Shown piece by piece: positions 1 through 13,666 of a DNA stretch of 64,000 nucleotides (position 1 is the first letter of the stretch; each line of letters opens with the position of its first letter). The notes under the pieces were generated by a model. That model was not told the origin of the DNA. It saw only the letters and a program-made list of their open reading frames with translations, and did no database searches. Location: assembly GCA_964016885.1 (NCBI GenBank), contig OZ024742.1:148490001-148554000 (forward strand), read 5' to 3'. The DNA comes from Eledone cirrhosa (lineage: Eukaryota). The translations under genes were made by a program, and so were the position numbers.

Positions 1-270
1 CGCGTTAATTACGTTGAAACGGGATTGAGAATTCTCAGCTCGGCAGTTTCTCCTTCAGCTATTGAATGCTGCGGAAGAAATCTGCTCAGTGGGACTCTGA
101 GTGGCAGGAGGACACCCTAATTCAATCAGAAGATTAAAGATGCCATCCAAGCAAGGAGGCTTACAAAGCTTGACTTAGAAATAAGTCTTCCTTCTTCCAC
201 TCACGGTACAAACAGGCGTGAAAATTCACAGCAGAGACAGTAAAGGCGTTAAAGTTTAAGACATGGAAGG
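1..270 (+). mobile_element. Degraded RTE-clade LINE fragment (endonuclease-RT linker)
   Basis: Frameshifted translation resembles the RTE linker (AAEEIC...NQKIKDAIQA..AYKA...RYKQA*KFTAETVKALKFKTW). Confidence 0.5.
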
Positions 271-614
271 TCAAGCTGGATGCGACTTTAGATCAGATCT
301 TTTTATTTTATTTATTTTTCTAATGTGGTGAGGTTGTCGTTTGTATTTTCCTCTTTTCATCTTTTTAAGAGTAATTAACAGTAATAGTTTCTAATTTACG
401 GATTCAATGCTATAAGTGCGATAAGAATCTTTTGCTCTATAACAAGAACGAGAGTATAATTATTGTTTACGACTAGATGTCTTCAAAGTCAAAAGTTTAA
501 TTATATAACAGGCTTCTTAACATTTTTCAATACCTACAACGGATCGTAGTAGTTTGAACGCTACACTAGATATAGCAGTAAACTTCCAGATATATAATAG
601 GTTCAGAAAATAAT

Positions 615-816
615 TGTTTCTAATTTAGGTAGATCAGCAATTGGGGAGAGACGAAAATCGATTAGATTGCCCCACTACGTACCCAGAAGTGGTACATTAT
701 TTTATTGATTCTGGAAGGATGAAAAGCAAAGGAAACCTCGATCGGACTTGAACTCAGTAATTAAATGCCGCAAAGAATTTTATCTGACGCTCTAACAATT
801 CTGCCAATCGACCGCC
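615..816 (-). mobile_element. tRNA-derived SINE family A, diverged copy
   Basis: Reverse complement matches the family core (gagttcaa..cc B-box-like, gc.tttcatcctt, aataaaataa). Confidence 0.65.
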
Positions 817-1032
817 TTATACATTCAGAGAAAAATATATATACTATTTCATAGCGAAGAAAAAATATATACAATGTTCATGATTTCCTTAAAAGGTTAG
901 GGAATAATTTAAACACGAGAGAATACTTCAAATATACAAAAACATTGTATAGTGAAATTCTTGTCGGTGAGTTCACATTGACAATCTATGTATATGTAGC
1001 ATCATGTGTATGCCTGTGAAACACAACTGTGT

Positions 1033-1118
<86 letters not shown>

Positions 1119-1937
1119 CAAGATATTGTGGGTAACTGCTTCTGTGTATATATCTTGATACTCGAGGAAAGCCATAACAGTCACATTTTAATAGAAATTT
1201 ATAAAAAATATGTTACCGACAACAACGGCAAGGAGGCATCCAGGCAGATGTTTCAACTGCCTTTTTTCAAAATAAAACAACAAACAAACATCTCTTTTAA
1301 TAATCGTACTTAATTTACTTGGAGACGCCTAACATATTTTGATTGGTCAAAATTAGTTCAAACAAAATCAAGCTGTTGTTTCTATGTAAAAAAAAAAATG
1401 CAAACAGAAGAAATATATCGATTGCACTTTTTAAAGAGAATTTACCGATGCTGTATATACCATAGAATTTAAGCCAGTGAACCAGCAAGCACGGGGTTCA
1501 GTATTGTGTCTCAGGTTCAAAAGACCAAATGTTTAAGTCAGTCACACTTATAAGGCGCTGAGCCCCGCGAGTTAGAATGGCTTTTCCAGCGCGTCTCCCT
1601 TGCCGTCCTCCAGGGGAAACGCCTTCTCTATTCTGTCCGCCTTCTCTATTCTGAATTGTCATTAGCATTTTGTCTATTGGTACCCCCTCTCTCTTTCTTT
1701 TATTGATAGTATATGTTATTTTAATAAATATTTGCTCTAGGGTTCTTATATAATTGATATATATTTATCCTTATCGAACCCTCTTTGGAAGTATATTATT
1801 ATAAAATAGTATAATTGGAAAGCAATATATAATAGAATATATATAATAGAATATATATAATAGAATTAGTTTGTAATTACTCTTTGGATAACACTTTAGT
1901 CTCTCCTCATATTTATGATGTATATCTGAGTGTCAGG

Positions 1938-2052
1938 ATGTAAGAACATCTGGGAATCAACATGTAAGAACATCTGTGGATCAAGAACATCTATAGGTCA
2001 ATATGTAAGAACATATGGGTTAACGTGTAAGAACGTCTGTGGGTTAAGAACA
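1938..2052 (+). repeat. Degenerate ~24-bp tandem repeat (gtaagaacatctg...)
   Basis: About 5-6 imperfect copies of aagaacatct. Confidence 0.7.
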
Positions 2053-2224
2053 GCTCTTGTAAAATTAGGTAAATAATGATTTTTAATTTACGCACAAGGT
2101 CAACAGCTTAGGAGAAAGAGAAAAGTTCATTATATATATATATATATCCTGATGGCCTCCAAAAACAACGGTCAATTTTTTAAAGGGGTACGTCAATGTC
2201 TATTTATAAAACTGTTATATATTG

Positions 2225-2289
2225 TATTTTGTCTGATGAAGGCATACCATAATGTAACTTAGTATCCTTGAAATATGTATAATGAAATA
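2225..2289 (+). ncRNA. Minimal type-I hammerhead ribozyme in a TA-flanked mini-element (2148-2330)
   Basis: tattttgt-CTGATGA-aggcatac..gtatcctt-GAAA-tatgta-TA-atgaaata. Stem I is 8 bp with GU pairs. Homologue at 38434-38499. Confidence 0.7.
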
Positions 2290-2329
2290 AATATGGTTTT
2301 ATAAATATAGTTTCCATTTATTAATATCG

Positions 2330-2360
<31 letters not shown>

Positions 2361-2418
2361 CTATTACTCTATTACGTGTTCCAGACAACAGGCCGAGGCC
2401 ATGCTTGGGCATCACCAT

Positions 2419-2450
<32 letters not shown>

Positions 2451-2452
<2 letters not shown>

Positions 2453-2840
2453 CGAAGGAAATGTGGTATGGAACCAGATGGACCATAACGCACCAAAGTA
2501 CTCAATACTTAGGGTAGTAGAGTGGGTAATAGGAACGAGTAGGACCCCGACGGCTGAGCTCAAGCCGTTTCGACGGCTAATTCTGGACGTCGTCGTCTTC
2601 TTTCGCGAGTTCGCTTGCGGAATGGAGGAATGGAGGCAGCGCTGGCGGCGGCGGCGGTCGGTTTTTCGGGCTCGGGAGGGGGGGGGGACCGGCGCGAACA
2701 GCCCCGGCGCCGGCACATCGTCGCGTCCGGGCCAGTCGGTTGGCGAACGCAGCGCTTCTTAGAGGGAAAGGCGGCAGAAAGTCCAGAATTAGCCGTCGAA
2801 ACGGCTTGAGCTCAGCCGTCGGGGTCCTACTCGTTCCTAT
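2451..2840 (-). mobile_element. Asymmetric fold-back element, family F1, in (TA)n
   Basis: 60-bp inverted arms 2529-2588 and 2781-2840, a 192-bp GC-rich spacer and a ~78-bp one-sided tail 2451-2528. Homologues at 24556, 38217, 43360, 51846 and 62805. Confidence 0.85.
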
Positions 2841-3264
2841 ATATATATATATATATATAACGCATGTGTGTGTGTGTGTATGTGGGAGGGGGAGTGCTTA
2901 GGTTTAATGTTTGTTTATGTCTCGTAATTTAGTGGTTCGGCAAAAATAGATCGATATAATGAGTACCAGATTTGAAACGTATTGATTAAATGCCTCTACC
3001 CATTGTTAATATGTGTGTATGTGTGAGTGTGTGTCTGTGCGTACGTGCCTGCATGTATGTATGTAATTAGATTCGTTTTACTTTTCACACATTATTGGTG
3101 TTGTGTATCTGCGGTAATATTTACTTCTAATAAATTGAATAAATGTGTAAAAAAATATATAAATACACACGTGATAAAAGTAAAATTAAAATAAGAATAC
3201 TATATCTGTACGTTTCCATTAATTTTATATAATTGATCGATAAATCGTCATTCTTACCTTTCTC

Positions 3265-3716
<452 letters not shown>

Positions 3717-4339
3717 ACATTTTGGTCATGTGATTTTATTATTTTTTATTTTTCATCTTTTGATTAATATATTTTTTATATTGTTATTGCGGTTATGTTT
3801 TTGTGTTTTTGATCTTTTAACTATTTTATTTAGTATGTTTCTTTTCTGCAGTAATTAGCATTAATAGTTTCTCAGAGTTTCAATGCTATAAGTTTCATAA
3901 GAATTATTTGTTAAATAACAAGAACGAAGGTATAATTATTGTTTATTACTGGGTGTCCTCTGAATCAAACATTTCAAATGTCAGACCGCTTTCTTTTTGT
4001 GTCGGTTCTATTTAAAACGTTCAGTGTCCTAGGTCCCCGGACTGCCGTTATTTCCGCAAAATCAGGAAAGGTGCATCTTAGCTGATGCAGCGGATGTTGT
4101 TAGTTGTTCTCCGCAGCAATGCTTTCGCCATTTATTTGTGGTGAGCAGCTGAGATATATCATCCATCCAAAGGTGTAGATTTTGTCATCACTCTTCCCTC
4201 TCCCTTTCATTGTTTAATTTCACTCCCCCATCCTTTTTTAATTTCTTTCTTTTTCTCTATACCTTTCCTTGTCAGCGCATTCAAAGAATCGCAGTTTTGT
4301 GGTGGGGCTTTTTTTATTTTGCGTATCTTTTTACTTTGT

Positions 4340-5060
4340 TTATTTGATTTCATAGTTTGGGGTTGGCAGAACCCTTAGATCGTCAGATAAAGGCTGTGAA
4401 ATATTTCTTCTGACATTTTTCGTTCTGAATTCAAATTCTGTCATGGTCAACTTTACCTTTATCCTTCTGGGGTCGATAAAATAAAATGCCAGTAAGGGGG
4501 TCAATATAATCGACTTGCCCAAACCAGTGGATTGAAAGAATCTTTAGAGTGTCGGATAACTTTGTAGCATTTAGTTACGGCCCTCTATTTCTGAATTCTA
4601 ATACCACCTAGCTCAACTTTGCCTTTCGACCTCTTAGGGGTCGATAAAAATAAAGAACCAGTCGACTTTCTTCTCCGCCAAATGACTGGTCTTGTTTCCA
4701 AATTAGAAATAAATATAATCGGCTTTCTCTTCCCACAAACTGATGCTCCCGCCCGGACCAACTTTGCCTTACTTCATTCAGAAGTCGATGAAATAATATA
4801 ACCCCAAGTACTGGGTCGGTTTAATCGACATTCCCCACCCATCAAAATTGCTAGCCTTATACCTAAATTAGAAACCATTTCTGTTATTATTGATGAATCG
4901 GCTGGATCGTTGAAATATCGGTCAAAATACTTTGAGGTATTTTTTCAGGCTGTTTACATTCTGCGTTCAAATTCCGCATCCTTCTGGGATCGATAAAATA
5001 ATCAACCAGTTAAATATTGATGCCTTATACACACAAATCATTGCTGGCCTTGTGCAGAAG
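4340..5060. mobile_element. Cluster of diverged SINE family A copies, both strands
   Basis: Repeated ggggtcgataaaa and ggccttgtgc motifs. Confidence 0.7.
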
Positions 5061-6050
5061 TTTTGCCGTTTCAATGGGATTGACTCTAATACCCCGATCA
5101 CAACTGGTATCACTTTCACATTACCTTCTTGTATTCCAAGTAGTCTCGCCAGCTCCACTTTCAGTTCAGAGTACTTGGTGATTTTTTCAATCTCTTTACT
5201 TGTAATATTCATATCATTTGGTATGGCTACATCGATGATCTGACAGTATTTGTCTTTCTTGTTCAATACAACAATGTCCGATCAGCCATGTTATATTACT
5301 CTATCCGTTTGAAACTCATAATCCCAGAATATCATTGCTTTCCCATCCTCCTTACTTTACAAGGCACATGCTCATACCAATTCTCTATGACTTCATTTTG
5401 GTATTTACGCCACAAAAGCCAATGAAGGTATAGAGAGACTTTATCGTGGTGACACTTTATATTCTTTATATTCTTTTTGCTCAAGGCTCTCACATTTACT
5501 TACTTGCATTTCTGGGTGTCAGAAGTTTTTATGGATATTATGTTTCACCGATTTGATAGCAAGAGCTTGGTCTTGTGCTACAGCTGTAAGGTTTTTCAGT
5601 GGCACGTTTCAAATTGCCTTGTCTACGCCATGTCAACGATGTTTCTTTATTCTTGATATCCTGTTTATTTCTCTCAGACTGACAATGTATTCTCATTTTT
5701 TTTCCTTTTCTCTTTTGCTTTTTGGTTAAACTCTGCCTTTCCAACCATTTTTACTGTAATTATACCAATTTCTTCTGCTGCATATTGCAACAACTCTTCG
5801 TCACAGTTTACCAAATATACTACAAGTGTTCTCCTTTCACTCCTTATATAATGATCCACACTGATGAGGCCTCTGCCACCATTCTTTCTCCCCGTGTCTA
5901 TTAATATTTGCTTTAGGGTGTAAAGCTCCGTACAATGTCATTCTATCCAATTTTGATATTTCTTCTTCAGTCCAACTGAGAATGGATGCACTACATCTAA
6001 CTGCCTAGATATTCATTGCAGTGACCAGATTTCTCGCATTCAACTTTGAT
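5060..6050 (-). mobile_element. R4/Dong-like LINE 3' fragment (RT C-terminus, RHD motif, restriction-like endonuclease)
   Basis: LNARNLVTAMN, AQDQAL, HHDKVSLYLHWLL, WDYEFQTDR, IIDVAIPND...KEIEKITKYSEL...IPVVIGVLESIP. Contains stops and frameshifts. Confidence 0.85.
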
Positions 6051-6262
6051 TTGGCAGTGTCAGTAGAACGTCGGACAACATGCTTTGCGACATATTATTA
6101 CTGCGCTTTACGTTCTGAGTTCAAATCCCACCGAGGTTAGCTTTGCCTTTCATCCTTACGGGGTCGATAAAATAAAGTACCACTAATGCACTAGTGTCGA
6201 TTTAATCGACTTTCTCCGCCCCCTCCAAATTGTTGGCCTTGTGCCTAAATCAGAAACAATTA
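6050..6262 (+). mobile_element. SINE family A (Nin-domain-like core)
   Basis: ttggcag...ctgagttcaaatccc...gcctttcatccttacggggtcgataaaataaagtacc...ggccttgtgcc with an (ATT)n tail. Confidence 0.8.
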
Positions 6263-7299
6263 TTATTATTATTATTGTTTCATGTCTCGACACAACGTCA
6301 TAAATCGCTCCGTAGCCTTGTTTTATTTTCCCATTGTTATTCAACCTATCGTCCTGAAATTTCGTTACTGTTAAACTAACCAGAATCTTCGTGAGCTGGT
6401 TAGCTAAACCAGCATTTATCTATCAAATAAACACCTCAAATGTTTGTGGAAATTAAGTTCGTAGAGTGGAAGAGCCAAAATTTGGTAGACAACGACAGTA
6501 GCAACAGCAGCAACAACAACAGCAACAGTAGCAAAAGTAACAGTAACAACAACAGCAGCAATAAAATTTAATATCTCATGCAACAGCCGTAAATGAAATA
6601 GACTTTACACCTCTGTTAATGTCTACCACAGGGAACGCTGCTGCCCCCACTGCAACGACAGTAAGCACAATTAACACTACTAACACCACCACCACCACTG
6701 CAATAACTGAAACAAAAAATAAATAAATAAATAAAAATAACACTATTAACACAGACGACAGCGACAACACAAGTGATAACAACAACATGAACAACAATAA
6801 CAATAACAACAAAAACACATTTGCTGCATTTACAGCAACAGCTACAAAAAAACTTAACTGTTGAGTTTTAACTTTCCTTGGTATCCTACTTTTCCAGTTG
6901 CTGTTGCTATGTTCATATTATTGTCTTATTCTGAGTGTTTTCCTTACCTTTATTTGCTGTTTTGTTCTGTCAGACATGCATTTTCACAAAATTAGTTATT
7001 GCTGTACTAGTTGGCTTGTTTCATTATTATTTTTTTACAATAGTTGTTTGATTGATTATATTAGTTTTTCTCTTTTCTTCTTATTCTTTATCTTATTCCT
7101 CTACCTCTTCTTCGTATTCTTCCTTTATTTGTTGTTTATTTGTCTGTTCTATTGTTTCCATTTTACACATGATAAAGAGGAGAATCTTGTTTGTTTATGT
7201 AACTTTAATTTGGAAAAAATCGAAAGAAAAGCCACACAAATATAGTTATGAACATACAATGGCATAATTTATGTACAATGTCAATATATATATATATGT

Positions 7300-7332
<33 letters not shown>

Positions 7333-7944
7333 ATATGTTTGTGTGGAGGTGGGGTGCGTATTTTTATGTATTTATGAATAATTTATCCAAGCAATTCATC
7401 GTTATTATAACATAGATTCATTCATACAGAAATCAATATGTTTCTCACTATACTAGCTGCAGGCTAGATCTACCTATTTGTCTGATGATCTAAAAGTGAG
7501 AAGTTTTGTTTGCTTTTTTTATAAAGAAGACTTTTATGAAAAGAAAGATTCAAATATCTAAACTAAACCATTAACATATGACAAAAGCACCACTTGAGTG
7601 TCATACTAAATGCATAATTTATTCTCCCCACTTTGTGTTTCTTCCCTACTGGTGTCAATTCTTCTTCCTTTCATGGTGGAATATATAAAAACTAGTAATA
7701 CACTGGAGTTCATTCAATCGACAACGTATCTTCCTATGTACATGAATTAGTCTTGTGCTTGGGAAAGATGAATTAATATATGTAATAATAGAATTGTGGT
7801 TGCTATTGCTTGAAACAAGCCGAGTCTGATCAAGTGGATTTCCGATCAATGGTAATCCAGTTGAGACCAGTTCTGCCGTTTTATTTCAGGCATTATTTCA
7901 GGCATTGTGATTCCAATGCGTCTTTTTTCTTTTCAAAACGACAG

Positions 7945-8133
7945 TGTATTGGATTGGCAGTATCGGCAAAGCGTCAGACACCATGCTTTGCAGCATAGAG
8001 TTATAGCCCTTTATGTTCTGAGTTCAAATCCCGACGAAGTTAACTTTGCCTTTCATACTTACGGGGTCGATAAAATAAAGTACCGGTAAATATCGGGGTA
8101 ATTGCTGGCCTTGTGCCAAAAGTATAAACAATT
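7945..8133 (+). mobile_element. SINE family A
   Basis: Same consensus as 6050-6262. Confidence 0.8.
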
Positions 8134-9394
8134 ATTTGAGTAGAATTTCACTACTATTTCTAACAGCGAGTGTGACTACAGCCAAAGAGTGAGGGAAATC
8201 TCAATCTCATTTCTCACTCTGCTAGAAATAACAGCCAAATCTCTCTCAAGCCACAACCTACTGTCTTAAATGAGGAAAAACAAGTTGGACAATCTAGTAC
8301 GAGATAATAGAGTTAACTCAATCTTGGCATATCTAGGGAAAATACAGTAACTACATCTAACAGAATCGATAGAGCAATGAACAAATATATCTTGTTATTT
8401 CCTTAAGTCTCTACTTCATGTGTTCAAATACCACGGTGGTCAATTTTGGCCTTCCATCTTTCCAGGATCGATAAAAAAAAGTACTAATTGCTGTTGCTGC
8501 TGATGTAGTTTTTACTGGTGTGGTTTGCTGTGAGGTCAATCTCATAAAACTGACCTATGATTAAAGGCGTGCCAGCTGTGACCATTCTCGTCTTTTGACA
8601 ATTATCAGGAAACACAGGACTTTATTATGCAATGTATCTCTTTTTAAAGATGGTAATGTGTAATCCAGTATATTCAGCTGAAAATGAGTACCAGCAATAG
8701 CTGGTGGTTTAACCCTGCGATGGACTGGCGTCCCGTCCAGAAGTCTTGTACTCTCAGACACTTCACGTGATGAAACCAGGATAAGCATCGGCCTTACGAG
8801 CCTTCTGGTTTAAGACAGACTTTAGACTAATGTGTAATATGAGTGCGATGTGGTTGCTGTTCTTTGCAAGGCGAAGGACTCCATATAGGGTCGCATATTG
8901 GCTCGAATAAATAACAGTTATGTACCGAAAAACATGTGGCCTTGTTCCAATGTCAAAAATCAATATATGTAACAGGCTATTTAGGAACCTCAATACAAAG
9001 AAGAAAATTATTTTTAATTAGAATTTTATCTATTTGTTTCATTTTCTTTCTATCGTTTTACAGTTTTTTGTTGTATTTGTTGTTTCTTTTTACATTATGG
9101 TCTTCGTTAGCATGTCTTGATGTAAAAGTTGTAATCGTATTTCGATATTAAATCATCTTAGAATTATTTAACCGAAGCTTTTTTTGTTATTTTCGTTCAG
9201 AAAGCTGATGCAAGTTACAGATATAGAAAATTGAAAATAGTTATTAAGAGAAGTTCGGCTTATATCGGAAGTGGTTCCCTCACATACAGATAATTGTGAT
9301 AGAGAATTTAGCAGGAAGGTTGGTGATAGATATACAAACTAGTAGATAGAAAGGGAGAGAGAGAGGAGGAGGAGGGGAGAGATATGTGTTTGTT

Positions 9395-9449
<55 letters not shown>

Positions 9450-9503
9450 GGGTATCTATGTAAGACAGTCGATTACGACAGAATGCAGGAAAATGAGTGA
9501 GAG

Positions 9504-9583
9504 AAGAAGAAGAAGAAGAAGAAGAAGAAGAAGAAGAAGAAGAAGAAGAAGAAGAAGAAGAAGAAGAAGAAGAAGAAGAAGAA
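9504..9583. repeat. (GAA)n microsatellite
   Basis: Directly visible. Confidence 0.95.
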
Positions 9584-10344
9584 GCCGATTGGTTAATGGA
9601 ATTTACAAATAGAATGCAAGGATGTGCAGAGGCGTATAGTAAGGTGGAGATAGATGCTGTCCATTTTATCAAAGGAGTCTTTTGTTCGTCTTTCAATTCA
9701 AAGCCGCTATACTGATTAGGGTCGCTAAGCTATCAAACTGGTCAGGATAAATTCTATTTAGAGATTTGCTCTCGATTTATTTTCCATATCACCAAATTCT
9801 CGATTCCGTGAATGAAGATTTTACAATGAAAATGTTTCAAATTTTTGTGCAGTATCTCTTAAGGCATTTCTTTCTCTATTTAGACTAGATCCCTTAAAGC
9901 TTACAATCTAATCTTAGCATATCATCTGCATATTCTATTTCATCCTTAAACAGTAATGTCTTTCTTACCGCATGTTCGGAGCCATGAACTATACGATATT
10001 ATTTTAACCTAAATTATTAAACTTATGAAGAAATATTTATTAATCAATATTTTTTGTAATCCGGTAATATGTAGAACGAGGCTCATTCTGATGCATAATC
10101 GAGATAGATATTTAATATTAACCAAAGGTTAGGAGAGTTTAAACTTATTTGGATCGAAACTGAAACAATTACATCATGAAGGGGCCTCATGATTAATTCC
10201 GTGGAGCATACAGAGCTCGCTTGTAAGTGAGTTTCCACAGATGCAGTGGAATTGTCTCTGACAGGTCATAGAGATATGACGGAAATCTTAACACTTTATG
10301 TCATAAACGTAAAGTGATTATAATTATTTTTAGCCTTTTTCTTA

Positions 10345-10490
10345 AAGGAAGAAGACCTAGAAATACCGTGATCTGGAGGCACAAGCAAAAATATTGAGAC
10401 ATTGGTGGGGACAGTTGAGGCGACTAGCTCCGGATCGTGATGGCCGGCGAAAACTTATGGGGGGATTACGCTTCGGAGGGACCCCAATGC
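10345..10490 (+). mobile_element. RTE LINE 3' end remnant
   Basis: RPRNT..DLEA...WGQLRRLAPDRDGRRKL resembles the RTE C-terminal RP..W...A.DR..WR motif. Confidence 0.6.
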
Positions 10491-10679
10491 AAAACTGAGA
10501 TTTTATTGATTTTTTTTTAATGGCAAAACGTCACTTTTAAATTCTATTCTTGTTTTCTCTGCCTGTATTGAATATTTAGTTGTATATTTCATTATCATTA
10601 TTCCTTTTCCCTCTTACCCGTAACTCCTGAGGGAGTCGTAAGGACACCATATTAACATATGGCATTTCTAAGGCATATA

Positions 10680-11166
10680 CAGGGTGTCCCAAAAAATGTA
10701 TACACACTTCAACAGCAAGAAAAGCCTTGAAATAAATTCGGTTTCATATGCGGGGTCGATAAAATAAAGTACCAGTAATGTACTGGGTAATTGCTGGCCT
10801 TGTACCAAATGTAGAAACAATTATTTAAATAATTGTTTCTACTTTTGGCACAAGGCCAGCAATTACTCAGTGTATTACTGATACCTTATTTTATCGACCC
10901 CGTAAGGATGAAAGGCAAAGTTAACCTCGGCGGGATTTGAACTCAGATCATACAGGGAGGTAACTCTGTGCTTCAAAGCATGGCGTCCGACCCTCTACCG
11001 ATACTGCCAATCCACCGCCATTTATTTAAATAATGTAAACATTTTTGGGTGTTTACATATAATTTAATTATGTCTGTAGATCATTTTATTTTTGGGAAAA
11101 GTTGTGCATTCTTATAAATATTGCTTGTACAGGTAAACAAAGTGTGTATACATTTTTGGGACACTC

Positions 11167-11168
<2 letters not shown>
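10680..11168. mobile_element. Tc1/mariner-type MITE carrying two nested tail-to-tail SINE A copies
   Basis: ~30-bp TIRs CAGGGTGTCCCAAAAAATGTATACACACTT and aagtgtgtatacatttttgggacactctg, with TA on both sides. SINEs at ~10745-10822 (+) and ~10830-11019 (-). Confidence 0.85.
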
Positions 11169-11229
<61 letters not shown>

Positions 11230-11261
11230 GTGTGCGTGTGTGCGTGTCAGTGTGTGTGTGT

Positions 11262-12968
11262 AACCATACACGTGTTCTCAAGTGTATTTTAGGCACACAT
11301 GACCTTAGCAGCCTCTGCCCCACAAGGCCAGAAAGAGGCAGACCACCTACCATTACCTCAATGGCCAAGAAGACCCACACAGAAAGATGGAGCGGGTGGA
11401 CCAGAGCTATACGGACCCCCGAAAACCATGATGAATTAATGAAACAATTAGACGACAATTTTATAACCCTGACTATGTAATTCCGTTACGTAGATGTCAT
11501 AAATATCGTAGTAAAAACACATGAGAACAGTCAGGAATTAGAGAAGAACACCATGGAAAGCATCCAGCAAATAGCTAACTCCATCCACTAGAGTATTAAA
11601 GTTACTATAGACTACCCAACTAAACGCTCCAACCATAGATTACCCGTACTAGACACAGAACTCTGGTTGTAAAATATTAGTAATAGAACGCAAATCCTCC
11701 ATTCGCATTATGCCAAACCCATGACCTCCAAATACCTGATCCACCGAAACTCAGCTGTTTCGGGCCACATAGAAATCAACATACTGATTGCGGACTTAGT
11801 AAGAGTGATGAGAAACGTGCCCCGCATGTGCACCACTAAAGAATTAGAGAGACACATACAACACTTCATCCACCGCATGTAGTTCTCTGGCTACAATCAG
11901 AGAGACAAGATCAGGGTATATAAAGGAGCGAGCACCAAATGGGCAAAGAATAAGGCAAACAAAATCAACTCATGGTATGGTAGCAATAAATACCAAACTA
12001 ACAAAACAAATCAGACACACAGAGATAGAACAAACAACTAGTTCGTCAATACAACCCCTAGCAGCGAACTAGCTTACAGATTTAGAAGGGCCCTAGACAA
12101 GCTCAAATTAAGATAGTTGAAAGACCAGATATTCCAATAAAAACCCTGATTAGTAAAAGATACCCATTTCAAAGATCCCGTGTACTGATAGGAAATGCAT
12201 AATCTGCAAGCTAAGCCCGCAAACTAACTGCAAAACTAGGAATGTAGTATTTAGCTTAAGAACATAACATACATAGGGGAAACAGCCCGTAGCATAGGAG
12301 AAAGAATATGTGAACACTGGCGAGAACTCCAAGATGGGAAAAACTCATCAGTACTCCACCAACATACAAAAATAGAACATAGGGGCACATTAGAAAACAT
12401 AGAGATAAAAATTATATCCACTCACAGAAAAGATGTGATGCTCACAGAGGCGACAAACATAAACGAACTCCAACCAAAATTAAACAGAAACCATGAAAGG
12501 AATAGCAACATCATAACTAGTAATTAAGGACAAAATGAAGACATACAGACACACACAAAAACCAAACTAACAAAACAAATCAGACACACAGAGATAGAAC
12601 AAACAACCAACTAGTGACAAATAAATATACACATAAAAATATAAATAAATAAAAACACACAAATCCGGATGTAACGCATGCGCACAACACACAACACACG
12701 AAAACAAGATGGTGTAGGACAGAATAAAGGAGGGATACAAAATAAAAACCTAGTCACTGGGGAGGTAATAGAATGTGTGACGAAAGAGCTTTGACAATAT
12801 ATAAACAACCATCCAGTTATCGAACCAACCACCCGCAAATTTACAATAAATTGAAGTGATAACTAACAGTTGCGTGTGTTTTTATTGGCAGCATGACCCT
12901 TCAAAGTAGAGCAATATGTTTCAACACACGTTTTCAGATAAGAAATCTTGCAAAAAAAATTAAAAAAC
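11262..12968 (+). mobile_element. 5'-truncated, decayed Penelope-like element (RT thumb, GIY-YIG, 3' end at TA)
   Basis: ANSIH*SIKVTIDYP..RLPVLDTELW..HSHYAKPM..; NCKTRNVVFS..YIGETARSIGER..EHW. Homologous to 18921-20175. Confidence 0.85.
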
Positions 12969-13549
12969 ATATATATATGTATATATATTCCTTCCATATA
13001 CTGTACCGATTGTGTTGTTATCTCTGTTTACCTTTTACACACACACACATACACACACACGCACGCACACATATATATATCTGGCAGGTGAACAGTAAAC
13101 TGTACTAATGAAGAGTAATCACCCAGAAACATTAGTGTCTGCAGTTCTGTTTACATGCCAACACAAGAGCAAGAATGAGGGACTCATTCTACTGACATGG
13201 CTTAAAAGAGGCTGTTTGCATAATTGCAGACGAATCGAATACTATTATTAGGTTAACTTTGCCTTTCATCCTTACGGGGTCGATAAAATAAAGTACCAGT
13301 AATGCACTGGGTAGTTGCTGGCCTTGTGCCAAAAGTAGAAGCAATTATTAATATTCGAAAAACTCAGATTACATTTATTGTATTCAGCCATGTAGAGCGA
13401 TAATTTTGGTAGTTATATACTACTAAAACTTTATGGGTGTGCCTGGGGAGAAAAATAAGAGTGCACCTGTCTGTGTCGCACTCCTAATGTATATATATAT
13501 ATATGGGTTGGACGAGACATTTATTTTAAGACATTATGTTACAGTCTAA

Positions 13550-13626
13550 ACGGGCGGTGGATTGGCAGTATCAGTAGAGGGTCGGACTGACATGTCTTAC
13601 CAACTTAACACTGACACTTGAATTGA

Positions 13627-13666
<40 letters not shown>

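Noticed and set aside
2376-2809. ORFs across the F1 element ([12 protein letters not shown] peptide recurring at 24450 and 62741)
   Set aside because: The peptide recurs only because of the palindromic repeat. Frames run through TA tracts and show no protein motif.
5861-5875. Isolated CTGATGA/CTGAAGA/CTGACGA heptamers (also ~7482, 13847, 41047, 56034)
   Set aside because: No paired stem II followed by GAAA and UH.
9497-9715. Poly-E ORF
   Set aside because: A (GAA)n microsatellite with no supported splice or homology evidence.
10745-10905. ~80-bp-arm palindrome
   Set aside because: Explained by two tail-to-tail SINE A insertions; the second has its own TSD (atttaaataat).
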